Positions 40,448 to 54,865 of a stretch of 64,000 nt of DNA are shown piece after piece; the stretch's first letter is position 1, and each line of letters begins with the position of its first letter. The stretch is from assembly GCA_012295275.1 (NCBI GenBank), contig CM022674.1, positions 10,788,001 through 10,852,000 on the forward strand, read 5' to 3'. The position numbers and the translations under genes are program-made. Origin of the DNA: Chrysomallon squamiferum. Taxonomy: Eukaryota > Animalia > Mollusca. The notes under the pieces are model-generated. The model was not told the origin of the DNA. It searched no databases and worked only from the letters and a program-made list of their open reading frames with translations.

Positions 40448-40503
40448 CATACTTGTGCAGACACATACAGACACTTGTGCAGACACATACAGACACGCAT
40501 ACA
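40254..40503. repeat. Compound (CA)n microsatellite
   Basis: CA runs interrupted by gacccatacaa. Confidence 0.9.
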
Positions 40504-43135
40504 GACTAAACTGCAAAATGTGGTTAAATTATCATTTAAAATAAACTGTCGAAAATGATCACTGTTTTTTTTCCTATTCTAACTACTTTTCTGTGACTCT
40601 ACATTAGACTACTGCAAACTTTATTATCATTTAATAATAACTGAATTTTTTTTTAATTTATTAAACAATAATTAAAATTAGTTATAATAATAAAAAATAA
40701 CATATAAAGGGGTATATAAAAATCTTGGTGGGTTGTTAATATGCAGAAAAAAAAAAGAAAAAGAAAAATTCTCTACAATCAAAGGGTATTTACAAGACCA
40801 ATGAACTTGTTATAATAAAAAGGATGCAGACATGATTTGTAATAAATCTTGTTTCTGAGGTATATTCACATATAAATATGATAAATAATGTCATTTAGAC
40901 TTCTATCAAAGAGTATATTCTTAACCAAATATTTTAATGATTGATAATAAAATAACAGACTGTAAAATAATATAAAAATGATCCTGACACAAAAACCTGA
41001 AATTTTTGAAAAATAATTTGATAATTGGTAACAAACTGAATTTATGTAATTCATTATTTTTCTGCATATTTTCTTTCAATAAGTATCAAAATATGGTGAT
41101 GATAATAATAATAATAATAATACCAAATTTATAATGAATTAAAATCAAATACATGTTGAGGATCCATTACATGAAATTAAAAAAACAGAAAATCTGAAAA
41201 CTTTTAAAAGCAACCAAAACAGTCAAAACTTGCAGTTTTCCATTAGGCTTAACATTCATGAATTTTATTTCATGAACAAAATTATTAAAAATAACACATA
41301 AAATGATCTGAAGACTATCTGTATAAACCATGTTTGAATTATATGTCATGTATTTATTTTGTGTTTAGATTTTGATCACATTCTTATGTTTGTAAACCCC
41401 AAAAGGTCTGAAGTCTGAAACAGTTCCAGTCTGAAGAATATTAATGGACCCTCAACCTGCATAAAATTTCCTTCTATACAAACCAGAGTATTTAGAATAA
41501 TTAAAATAAAGTAAATAATAATAATAATAAAAAAGTTATTCAGTACTGGCATGTACAAGATTTGTATATCTATTTACATCAGAATAAACATGATTGTTAC
41601 TTTTAGTATTACATTTATGTACAGACACTGTAAATACAAATGTAAGCTATATGCTTTGTGTGTGTGTATGGGTGCATGCATGTGCATATGTATTTGTGTG
41701 TTATGTGTGTCTGTGTGTGTGTGTGTGTTATAAAAAAGTACAGTTTACAGCCACATTAACGTTGTATTCATATATTTGTGTCTGTTCATATATAAAATTA
41801 ACAATTAAAAGATAGTACAAAAAATATGATATGTACATAAACACAGGTATCCACAGATACACCACACCTGTGATAAACTGATATTTTAATAAATATAATA
41901 TTTATACAGGTAAATACAAAACATTAGCTTGCTATAACTTGAAAGTAAAACTTGGAATTAATATTAAAATGTAATTCAATGCATTAACTATGTAAAAAGT
42001 ACTGTTCATTCAAAAGAATAAAATAAAACTAACAAAGAAATTAATGCTGAATATGTAATTATCAATATGTAACCAACAAATAAAACTATGCACCAAACAA
42101 ATTAAAAGAGTGGTTAAAGGGAGATAATAATAATCTTCATATTCTTTTTATTTCAGTAAAATGATTATTTCCTTGATGCAAAACAACTACAAATGTTACA
42201 ACTGTAAAATATTACAACCTACAAAATAAACACATTATTGTGTATAGGAAAAATTTAAACCTTTTTTTAAAAACAAAAAGAATTCATATTAATTGCTGGT
42301 TTTTATAAAATAAATATATGTAGTTTTTCTTTTTTGCAAATGATGTGTATAAATTTGCTTCCGTATAAAGTAACATTGAAAATGTTAAAAAAAGTTTTAT
42401 TTTGAAATGTAGACAATAAATAATAGATACAAATTTTGTATCTGAATTATTAATGGACTGAAATTCAGAATATAGAAATGTATCTATGTCATTTGCCAAA
42501 TGAAGCTAAATGGCCATTAATATACTTAACACACACAAATGTGTGACATTACTTGAAATATATGTTAAATTCAGACTGATATAAATAAAACAATATATAT
42601 ATTTTTTTTCATTTTAAAATGAAAATAATTACTGAATTTTTAATCTGCTTTTTATCTGTATCTTACTGAATCAATTAAAATGTATTAATCCAGAATCTGT
42701 TTTAATTAAATTAATCACTAATCTGATATAAAAACAAAGAAGGAAAATGATTAAAATATGTTTACATTTCACTCCATGCACCAAACATTTCTTCTTATTC
42801 TTTTGCTAAATATCTCCATAAAAACAAGGTTCTTGATTTAAAATTAATAAAATTATAATTAATAATGTATCTGCTTATTAATTTATAACTACACAGTTCA
42901 ATTGAAATTATTAAGAAATAAAACTAATTGTTAAATAAATAATTTAAAAATTATTTGATAAATAATAATAACAGTATTATTTTTTTAACTGCACTTAAGC
43001 TAGAGTTTTCTAAACTCCTAGAAGATATTACACTGTTTTAGCAGTTTAGATAAATTAATGAAATGTCGATCAAACAGCAAAATTAAAAATAAATTACTGA
43101 AATAAAATAGACACACAAAAAGTTAATATTCAGCA

Positions 43136-44998
43136 TTAAACTAAAGTAGACAGTTTTTCTTTTTCTCCTGACAGGGACCGATGTTTAATTTGGTCTGACG
43201 ATTTACCACTTCCTGTTGTCTCCCAAGGGAGGTAACTCTCAGCTACGTGGTTGTAGATGTCATGGTTTGCTTTGACAGGCACAGGTCCATTAGACCTGTT
43301 AGCCTGAGTACCACACGAGGCCCCTCTCAGCCTTAATTTCACCTCTGACACAGAAACATTTGGTTGCCATGACTGTGATGGAATGGCATGGAAACTATGA
43401 CGATGAGAAGACTTAGGCTGCGACAAGCCTGAGGAGTGACCCTGACCTTGGAACAGTCTATAAATATCACTTGATGTCGCAAACAGAGGCCTTCCTGACT
43501 TTAGTGACATTTCAGATGAAGCTCGAATCTGATTGGTCAGTTTTGGCGGTTCTGGAATTCGGTCAGAAAGATTTTGATTGTCAGTGTCACTGAATTTTCC
43601 TTTCACAGAATTAACATCGCAGTAATCCCATGAGTAACGATGTGATCGCCATGGTGATGAACCCACATTTGATGATTTTGGTCTCATTCGCACCTGGGAT
43701 GTGTCCACCCCATTTTCAAATGGGTTACCAGTGCGGGCAACAGAAGCATTTATGTTTGGCATTGAGGTCATGTGACTTGGTCTTTGATGAATTTCTTCAG
43801 TAGACTGACTATCTTGAGGGAAAACCTTTGTGAGTTTTGTAATCGTGAACCATTCCTTAAAATTCCTCTTTTTCTAGTTTCAGAATCTATAGTATTACCA
43901 ACAGAATAATTTGGGTCATTGTAAAAATTCCCATCAGAATGAGTTAAATCATTACAAGAAATGTTTCTGCCATTAGCCATTCTGTTATCCAAGAGTCTAG
44001 AAGACTCAGTATCCATGGCAACCTGTACCGGCTTTGCTCTGAAAACTCCTTCTCTAACATAGACTGGTCTAACATTTCCAGAACAATTACTTCCCTCCTG
44101 GACACTGTTAAAACCCTGGTCATTGGAACATTTTGGGTTTGGAACACTTTTCCTCACATTGTTCCACTCCTGTTCAACATTTGCTGGTGTCAGTGTTTCC
44201 TCTTCCTCAATGGTTGTCAAGGCACGAAGTCTCTCTATCAAAGAGTTATCGTTCTTTTCAACTGGTTGCGGTTTCTTCTTGACAACCACATTAGGTTTGT
44301 TTCCAATGACCAGACGTCCATTTCCCTGAATTTGCTGTGATTTTGAGTTTGAGTTCATGCTTTGACTCACACCTCGTTTTAAACTCCCCTGACTAGATGA
44401 GCTCTCAGATGTCAGCAGTGATGACAAACTTGATGACAAAGGAGATGATAATGATGCTGTAGTGTTGGTGCGGCTGTCAGTGCCATAGCCTTCATCAACA
44501 TTTACATCATAATCAGAACCCCGGCCCGACTGACATTCAGTTGATGTCAGTTCATAATTACCATGGTTACCGAAATCCTGAGAATAAGACAATGAAGAGT
44601 TTTTGATGTTTTTCTGTCGTTCGAAGGCTAGAAAACTGTTTTTGATGCTTTCTTCATTTTTCCTTTCTTCTTCTGTGGTCATCATAATCATACTAGCACC
44701 AGATGAGCTGCTTTTGTCACTTCCTGAGTCAATGAGTAAATCAAGAGGATCGTACCTATCCCACAATTCTTCAACTACTTCTGGCGTGATGTGTTTCAAT
44801 GGAGGTGAAAACAAAGAATTCTTGTTAATGTTAAAACCATAAAACCCGTCAGAGGTTTCTTTTTTCCAGATCCGATCGTGTTTAGTCACATTTAAACGAG
44901 TAAGAGGCTGCTGCTGAGGTGACAGCTGCATAATTATCTCCCCTGACAGTCACTCTCTTCTCACTAAAGATAGTTTTATCAAACTGCATGGATTCCAT
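43136..44998 (-). CDS. Uncharacterised Ser-rich, probably disordered protein of about 600-620 aa in one coding exon, interrupted by apparent frameshift(s); C-terminal -STLV
   Basis: Abutting ORFs 44931-43768 (387 aa) and 43771-43136 (211 aa), plus an upstream overlapping 38-aa ORF at 44998-44882. The block is GC-enriched relative to its flanks. Candidate acceptor ttctgtttttcag| at 45337. No domain recognised. Confidence 0.7.
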
Positions 44999-46630
44999 TG
45001 GTTTTAATAAGTGAATCACTCACATTTTATTATAACAATCTGAATATTAATTAAACTATTTTTTCTAAGAAATAAATGTTTTTTTATGATTGATTAAGCA
45101 TAAAAAGTTTCCCAGCACAGAATATGTAGATACAGAATAAAAAGAATATTGTATATCCTTATTGTTTTTCAGTACTATTCTCAAAGCTTAGCAGTCTTTG
45201 CTTTTTCCTTCCAGTTCACAAAAGAATACTGATCACTGTTAAAATGTTTATCTAACACAGTCTCCTAATTCCACATCTCTCTATGTAACCATGTTGATTC
45301 AAATATGTCTAGTGTGAAACTTTTACATTTTCATCATCTGAAAAACAGAAATAGCAAATAATGGTGAGTTTGAAATAAACCTTTTTTCAGTTAATAGTTG
45401 TAGAATATTTGTATAAAATATTTCAGTGGATTTTAAAATTAACTGCTGTTATGTTTTGTTTTGGTTTTTTGTTGAGAAAGAAGGAAAATAGATAGATAGA
45501 TAAATAGAGAGAAAGAGAAAGAATGAGAGACAGAAAAACAGACAAATAACTTTTGGTGAAAATTATGTACTACAAATATATTCTAAATTAATTTTATAAC
45601 AACAGAATAAAAAGAAACAAGAAAAATGAAAAAAACAAACAAAACATAATAGGATTAAAATGAAGAAAATGCCACAAAATATAAATAAAAATACAGAGAG
45701 AGAAATAAATAAATAATGAAAAAAAGGAAGAAAGAAAGAAATAAAGATAAAATAAAGGCAGGAAAGAAATGAAATAATCAGAAAATGAAGATGAAAACTG
45801 TGTTTGCAACAATGAACAACTGCATCCTATCAAACTTTAATAACTACAGCAGCAACACCGTGGACATCAATGAACAACGTTAACTGTACTGACACAAGAC
45901 ACACTCCAACGTTGAGACAGTCTGCAGACTAAATTAACTGTCAGAAGATTTAATTGACTGACGGGCAATGTTGTTGCAGCAGAGATGATGTTGAGACGAT
46001 GTACTCGATGTGTAAGTAGCAGCATGTAAAGGAGTAACAGACCTGCTGTGTTAAATTGATTAACAGTTAACAGCATCTGTACTCTGATTAACAGTTAGTA
46101 ACATGTTCCTGTTTGTAATTACTGGCCAGAAATTTCAGAATGGACAGAGTGAGAGTGAGAAAGAGAGAAAGAGATATAGATAGTGAGATAAAAGAAATAG
46201 AGAGAAAGTGAGAGATTACAGAGATAGAATGCGAGAGATAGACTGAACCTGAGTGAAATAAAGAGGGAGAGACAGAAATATACAGAGAGAGAGAGAGAGA
46301 GGGAGAGAGAGAGAGAGAGGCAGTGAAGGGACAGAAAAAGAAAGGATATAATAATAAGAAGAAGAAAAACAAAACAAAAAATATGTTTGTAATAAATGGG
46401 TTTATAAAATGTATTAAAATAAAATATATATATATATATATTATGTCTGTGTAAATTTTATTAAGCGTAAACATGTAAACATTATGTTCAAAATATTGCA
46501 AATAGATAGCTTTTTCAACACCAAGTTATTAACTCTCTTTTCCTTTCTTTATGAAACATCCAAACACATTTTTCTGTTTCATATATCAAACAGGAAATGT
46601 TAAAAAAACTTCGACACCACCACCACTACC

Positions 46631-46708
<78 letters not shown>

Positions 46709-48436
46709 AATGAATGAATGAATAAAAAGGTAAATAGAAAGAAAAGGTTTTAATATTCACTAATTATCAGGTTACCCTAAAACCACATTATTCCATTCAG
46801 CCATTTTTTATTTCATTTTTTTTTTTTTTAGCATAAAACATCTTTTAACAGAAACCTTTAAAAAAACAAAAATGAGGTTCTCAAATATCTAACACATTTG
46901 TAAAAATCTATTTTACGTCTCTAGTGTATTCAGTTGCCACTTTTTTCAGTGATAGTGTGATTTAAAGATTAAAAAGTGTATGTTTTCATGACAAGAAGAT
47001 AAATCATCCGAAACTAACAAAATGTATAGCTTTACCTGTCTGCAGAAAGATATGACAACAGGATGTGGTGTATGGGGGGCATATACTCAGTTATCCCCTT
47101 CCCCTGTTTTTCAAACATGCTTTTTTCTTTATTTTATCTTGAACATTATTCCAAAGCAGTGATATCACCCCAGCTTTTTGAATCTGTGGATCAGACCCTT
47201 GGTAAGAAGAAGCAGACATGAAGGTTTACAAGATGAGACAGTTTATCAGCTGGTTAAGTCATTACCAAAACCCAGCTCACCTTTCTCTACACATGTACCT
47301 CATTTAACCACGGCTGATGAGAAAACAGCAGACCACAGTTATACATTCACTGTCTGTTTGTTGTTTGTTTGTTTGTTTATTAATTTATTTATTTATTTCA
47401 TTAATATTAATTATAAAAATATTATAAAATATTTCTTGATACATGTAAGTCATTTAACTACCAGAAGATGAGAAAACAGTAGTTTAATTTATTTATTTAT
47501 ATAATATTAATTATAAAAATATTACATAACATTTCTCAATTTATGTAAATAATTTAACTATAACATGAGAAAATAGTGCCTAACATTCCTGTAAAGTTAT
47601 ATATTGACTACCTATTTATTTATCTATTATTTATTTATTTATTATAAAAACATTTCTCTATATATGTCATTTAAGTATCAGATGATGAAAACATAGTTTG
47701 AAATAAAAATTTCAAACATTTCTATAGTTATTTACTTAGTGTCTGCTTATTTAGTTAATTATTTACTTAGTTATTTAGTTAGTTATTTAGTTAGTCATAC
47801 TGTTTGTGTATGGGCTTGTTTAGTTACTTTCATACAGACTCTTATTTCACCTACTTTTTAAACTACTCAGTTGTTTTACTTTCTTATACAAAGAAAAAAA
47901 AAAAAGAAAAAAAAAATAATAAAATTAAAACGTCTTTGAAAACAGAGTATAGAACATACACATGCACATACCTAAACACACACACACAACACAAACACAC
48001 ACACACACACACACACATTTTAATTATTTATTATTATAGACAAAATTATGCTGTATTTAAGAAATATATTCAGTCACATGATTATTGTAATATACATTTA
48101 TTTACTAAAAATGATACAAATTAATATGAAAACCAAAACATCACACTATTATTAAGTCTACAGAACAGTCTATACCTAATTACTTATTTACTATGAGAAA
48201 ATGTTACACTTAACATTCTTTATTCGTTACTGGAGTCAATTACTTCACATTAATTTCTACGTCTTCATCAAACACATTAATAAAACTTCATAGTTAGAAA
48301 GTTTCTGTCACAGTTTGATTTAGCTATTTATTTTTTTATACAAAATAATGATAATAAAAATCTTTCTTTGTACAGTAAGTTATATACATCATTTAATTAA
48401 AATTTATTTATTACCAGCCAGTACCATTATATGGTT

Positions 48437-48501
<65 letters not shown>

Positions 48502-49884
48502 ATATATATATATATATATATATGTTATAGAGAAATTTGTTTAGATTTATATGAATTAATAACTAATAAGATTTAATATATTTAATACAAAATGCTACTT
48601 CAATTTGGATCCTAAAATAAAATAAATTAAAATAAATTGAATAAATAAATCTTTTAAATAAAATATAAAATAAAGAAATAAAGAAACAAAGAAACAAATG
48701 ATATTAAAATAAAAACAATTTATTAAAATTAAATTAAAATAAGTAAATAAAAAGGAAACTCATGAAATAGTACAAAACAAAAAATTCTAAAACATTTTTC
48801 AAATTCACACATTCAGACTGACTCTCTTTCTGCTCTTTAACAACTGTAACAGAGCTTCTAAAAATAACAATACATTTTACCTGCAATTAAAGGTGTTCTG
48901 TGTCCACTTTGAAAATTTGCAAAGTGCATATTTACCTGGGCTTAAAGGTGATGTACACTCAAAACTGTGAGTTTGCAGAGAAAGAGAGACAAAATAAAAC
49001 TAAAAATTCGAGGGTCCAGTCTCCTCTCTCACTGTGGCCATTAAACACAATACAAAGTTTATCAGTGAAAGTCTACTGAAATAGCTGATACAACCCTGCT
49101 AAGCTGCGTATTTCACTTACAGGTTTTATGTGGGCTGTGTGAGAAATTTGTAGGGGGACATGTGTGAATGTATGTGTGTGTGTGTGTGATTGTGTGTTTA
49201 GTTTTGTACTCAAGTATATTTATATCTGCTGCATGTTTATAAGTGTTTGTGCGTGAATATATGACTGTGGTGTGTTTATATAGGTATGTAGTTATATAAA
49301 TGCAAATAAGAATATTTATTTAGCACTCTTTTGAGTTCTCACATCATTAAAAGATTAATATGTACAGGTTCCTAAAAATAATTAAAAATATTTTATATAG
49401 ACAGATATATAGATATATAGATAGATATAAAATTAATAATGCATCATTTAGATTGAACCCAGCTACACAGGGTAAAATCAACTCTGGTTGTAGCAAACTA
49501 ACCCAAACAACTTGAAATGAGAAAACAATTAAAATGTTGTTTGTGTCTGTACTTTACTACACACTTGCACTATCTTTCTACATCTGATTCCACATAACAG
49601 TACTGTTGTTACTTTATCACTACAGCAGCCACATCGCTGTCTGACATCACAAACCAGTCGTTGTGTTCAAACAAAACAACATCACTGTCTCACTCCAGAG
49701 ACAAAAACAGTGAAAGTTAGAAACAAATAAACTTCATTTTAGCTGTGCAGCTTTCATCTGTATCCATCAGACCAAACATGTCACATGAAGAGAAAACTCT
49801 TCAGTTCATTATGAAAAAATCTTACAACTCAAAGAAGAGTTTTATAGAAAAGCAATACAGGAAAACTTTTTAATATTATAATAT

Positions 49885-50465
49885 TTATTAATTAAAAACA
49901 CAACTAAATGTTAGTAATATTAGTAACAATATTAATTAACTAAAACACAATTATATGTTAGTAATATTAGTAACAACAGTATTTATTAACTAAAAACACA
50001 ACTATATGTTAGTAATATTAGTAACAACAATATGTATTAACTAAAAACACAACTATATGTTAGTAATATTAGTAACAATATTTATTAACTAAAAACACAA
50101 CCATATGTTAGTAATATTAGTAACAATATGTATTAACTAAAAATACAACTATATGTTAGTAATATTAGTAACAACAGTATTTATTAACTTATATGTTAGT
50201 AATATTAGTAACAATATTTATTAACTAAAAACACAACCATATGTTAGTAATATTAGTAACAATATGTATTAACTAAAAATACAACTATATGTTAGTAATA
50301 TTAGTAACAACAGTATTTATTAACTAAAAACACAACTATATGTTAGTAATATTAGTAACAACAATATTAATTAACTAAAAACACAACTATATGTTAGTAA
50401 TATTAGTAACAACAATATTAATTAACTAAAAACACAACTATATGTTAGTAATATTAGTAACAACA
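49885..50465. repeat. AT-rich minisatellite, 48-51 bp unit, about 12 copies
   Basis: Unit ttaactaaaaacacaactatatgttagtaatattagtaacaa(cag)tattta. Confidence 0.92.
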
Positions 50466-51098
50466 ACATCACCAAAATATTTAGGTGTTGGGTGACAGAG
50501 CTAAAACGTGATACTAAAACTATGAGGAGAGGATCAACAAGGAGAAATATTTACAATCTCTTAAACTATGTAATATGTTGACAGTCAGGCACAACAGCAA
50601 TCTGGCTGTGATTAAACAAACACACAGAATAAAACCTGTGAATATAATTTGACATGTTTCCAACCCTGCTAAAAACAGAATCTCTACATCGAGGACAAAG
50701 AAAGACTTAGCAGAAAACAACAGGTGTTTATAAAAAGAATATCTTCTGGAATGGATGAATGTGTTTATGTATGCCTAAGTAAACTTCAACATTATGCTGG
50801 TTAATATTATATTATGGTTTTGATTACCATTTTTTTTATTATTATCTAAAATTGATAAAACATTTTTAGTATTAAACATCATTTATGGTAATTAATATTA
50901 TAACTAAGGTTTTGATGATTATTCATTTATGATTTTGGTATTCAAAGAGAATACCTTTTTCTAACTTTTTCATTGGATATTCATAATGATTATCTCTGCA
51001 AAAGATTTTTTTATAAGCATCTTTTCATAAAGACAAAAGAATGTAAACTTGTTTTATATAAAAGGCAAGACATGGGAGCACTGTCTGTATTGGGAAAA

Positions 51099-51179
51099 AC
51101 AATCAAAGAGTCTTCCTAAGAAGAATTGATCCTTTGGACAATCAAAGAGTCTTCCTAAGAAGAACTGATCCTTTGGACA
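51099..51179. repeat. 39-bp tandem duplication
   Basis: acaatcaaagagtcttcctaagaagaaytgatcctttgg x2. Confidence 0.85.
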
Positions 51180-51754
51180 GTCCTACATAGAAGTTCTGTG
51201 TTACTTTATTATAACAGTTCTGTTTTTTCTCAGGTGTTACAAAGTGTTTCTATTTGTTCTCATTAGACTGTCTAAAATAATTTCTATAAGCAGAATTTAG
51301 ATTTTGTTAAATAATGCTTGTAAAAAAATTGTATGTATTTATAATAATAAAAATAATTTTAATAACAATAGAAAGAGAAAGAAATAAAAGAAAATGAAGA
51401 TAAACGATCAAAACAACAACATTAAAGTTAAAGCACTTTTTATTATTACTGTTATAGTACACAAAAATGTCACTTTGCAGAAAAATATTTGAAATTTGGT
51501 TTGGCCTAAAAGTCAATATATGTAGATACTTACAGGTAAGATTATAAAAACTTTCAAAGTGGTATGATACAGGTAAAGGTAAATAGAGATAGATAACTGG
51601 ATCGTACTGTGTTCATACAGGCATGTTCACCTGTCACCTGGGGCAAAGAGAACAGGTGAGTAAACGAGAAGTTTGTCAGCTTCAAAGAAATCAATCAACT
51701 TGCATCTTACACTGACAACTGATTGATGACTCCATATTATGTCATATCCCTCCA

Positions 51755-51756
<2 letters not shown>

Positions 51757-51803
<47 letters not shown>

Positions 51804-52600
51804 AGCAAATATGTATAACATAAACACACATATGCACATACACATATATAACACACACACAATATACATATGCATACAGTACAAATATGTATAACATAAC
51901 ACACATATATACACATACACATATATACACATATACAAACACACACACACAAATAATATACATATGCATACTATACATATACACAATATACATACAGTAT
52001 ATATACACACATACATACAATATATATATACACAATATATATATATATATATACAATACACACATATAATATATATATATATATAAACAACACACACACA
52101 AAAATATATATATATATAGACAACACATATATATATATACAATATATATATATACATACAATACATTCACACAATATATATATATACAGTTCACACACAC
52201 ATACATATATATATATATCTACAATACACATACACACAATATATATATATATACAATACACATATATATATATATATATATATCTACAATACACATACAC
52301 ACACATATATAATAACCATACATGCATGCACACACACACACACACCTTCACACATGCAACCACACATATATAGACATAATATGTATTGTCTGATTATGCA
52401 TGTGTATGTCTAAGTATTTGTGAGTGTGATATCATGAATATGAATGTATGTATGCGTGTATGTATGTATGTATGCATATATGTGTTTTTTTGTACATACA
52501 ATGATATATATATATATGCATAAATAAACACAATGTGGTGCATTTTTCTGTGTATATATATTTGTAATATTTGTACATTGTGTATGTGTAATAAATGAAT
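51757..52600. repeat. Long degenerate (CA)/(TA)/(TG) microsatellite field
   Basis: Read directly; it is the source of many spurious CVYI-type ORFs. Confidence 0.9.
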
Positions 52601-53914
52601 ACAAGAGATTGTACAAAACGTCTGTTTTATCTCACACAGACTGGACTGTTCTGTGATGACTTTCACTGATTTAACTTTTTCTGTTCTTTCTGGACAAAGT
52701 TCTGCAGTGACAACCTAGCCAAGCAGACACAGAGACCAGTCGGTTAGACTTTCTCTCTTTTCTTTGATTAACTGGGACGTGAATAAAAGAGAAGTCAGTG
52801 TTAGATGAAGTAAAAGTGGAAGGAAAGAAAAAAGAAAGGAAGAATAATTTAACTAAATATATTTTTATCTGTTCAACTAACGATATATTTTTAAAATATT
52901 AGGGTACAGATATATGCTATTTAATTAAGGATTGTGCTTCTTTCAGTGAAAATATTATGAACAGTCAGCTGGGGTTTTGCCATTCCATCCAGTTCTGCAG
53001 AATATGTTTATTTTAAAAGATATTTTTTTTTTTTTTTTTTTTTTTTTTAATCTGCCAGATGGTTTATTTATTATTTAGATATCGTTCTATCTCTCTGCAC
53101 ATGCACAATAACACTTTTATTTCATGTCTGTGTCTGCACATGTGTGAATTTATACATGTCAGTGTGTTTGTGCATTCATAAATACATTTACACTTTTTCT
53201 CCATTACTGTAAAATAACATGAAATAAAAACGGTATACTTGCAATATGTTTGGATTAGATATTTCAAACTAACTTAGAGACGTGATAAAAAGCCAGCTAG
53301 TTATTTTTGTTATTCATAAACAAGATATAGTTTATATTAGCTCACACTATCAGTATAAACCAGCCCTGGAGCTTTTAGTCAGAATGGGAAATCAGGTTTA
53401 CCTTAATGTGTAAGTCAGCAAGCTTCAGGCTAAAGCTCCAACTGTAAGCTGAATTTCTTAAGACAACAAAGGAAATGAAAAAAGAAAAGAAAAAAGAAAG
53501 AAAAAGAAAAAACAAGTTGAAGGAGAAAGAAGTATTGTTTAGGTGTAAGATTAAGCTGTGGAATGTTTTAAACAATTTGACAAGTCCACCAAAAAGAAGG
53601 CAAAACCATGTTTGTTTAACAAGACTACACATCACATGATCACTGGCTGTCAGAGTTATCTGTACCTGACAAACATATGCTGAGAAATATTGGCTTAGAA
53701 ATAAGATCTTAGAGAAAAAAAAAAATATGAGAACATATTTCGGTGAAATAATGTCTTAGAAATCTTCCCTGAGAATGCCTAAAAATGTGAAACTTAGTGG
53801 TGAAAATTACATCAGAAAATACTGACTTGAAAATGTTACAAATGATGATGGTTGAGAAATATTACATTATCTCACAATTAAGATACTTTATCTTCAAAAT
53901 ATCACACATACAGA

Positions 53915-53953
<39 letters not shown>

Positions 53954-54865
53954 CAGTGTAATAATTTAAAGATATATATAACTGTGAAATTGTGAAGTAT
54001 TATCAGGGACACAAATAAAAACAAAAAAGTCCAAATGTGTGTGCGTGTGTGTGTGTGTGTGTGTGTGAGTGAGTGTGAGGGAATGTTTTTTTTATTTTTT
54101 GAACATTGTCTTGTCTTATATTTTTACTAAACAAACACAAACATTAACTGAAAGGTGACATCCTCTCTCTCATTCACACCTCATCACAGACCTATGTAAA
54201 AACACAAATAGTTACAACACAAATAAACACAAATAAACCCATTCAATTTTTATCAAAATAAGAATATATTAGTAACTAATTATAGAAGATATATACAATT
54301 AATTAATAGTATTTTTTTGAGGCATAAAAAATTACAAAAACAAACATCATAAATCATTGTGTGTTGGCCACAGGGCCAAACAGACATCCAGTCCATAAAT
54401 AAATTAATGTGTTGATGTTTTCTGATTAATGTGATCACTCACAGAAATATTTTACTAGCTGCTAATCATGGTTAAACCTGACAAGAGCTGAATGGAAAAA
54501 AAAAAAAGAAAGAATAATACAAAAATAATTTAATAAATCAGTAAATAAATAAGTAAATACAAGAAAAAAAAAAAAAAGAAAAGAAAGAAGAAATAATTTA
54601 AAAAATAATAAAAAAGTAATGGAAAAAAATATTGTTATGATTTTACACACACATTTAAACACACACACACAAAGACAAACACACACACAGAGACACATAC
54701 ACTCTTTATTATCTATCTGAGTGTGTTTATAGATGTTCAAATTTGTATATGTAAAATAATAAAAATATGTAACAAAAATAAATATTAATAATTAATAAAT
54801 AAGTAAATAAACAAAACTACAACAACTGAATGAAATAATACAGATTGTTCTGCAAGTATCTCATT

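Noticed and set aside
40196-40544. CVCV/HTHT ORFs here and at 51627-52666, 57765-57969, 63065-63406, 8282-9209, 36898-37188 and 59623-59985
   Set aside because: Translations of microsatellites and poly-A/T runs.
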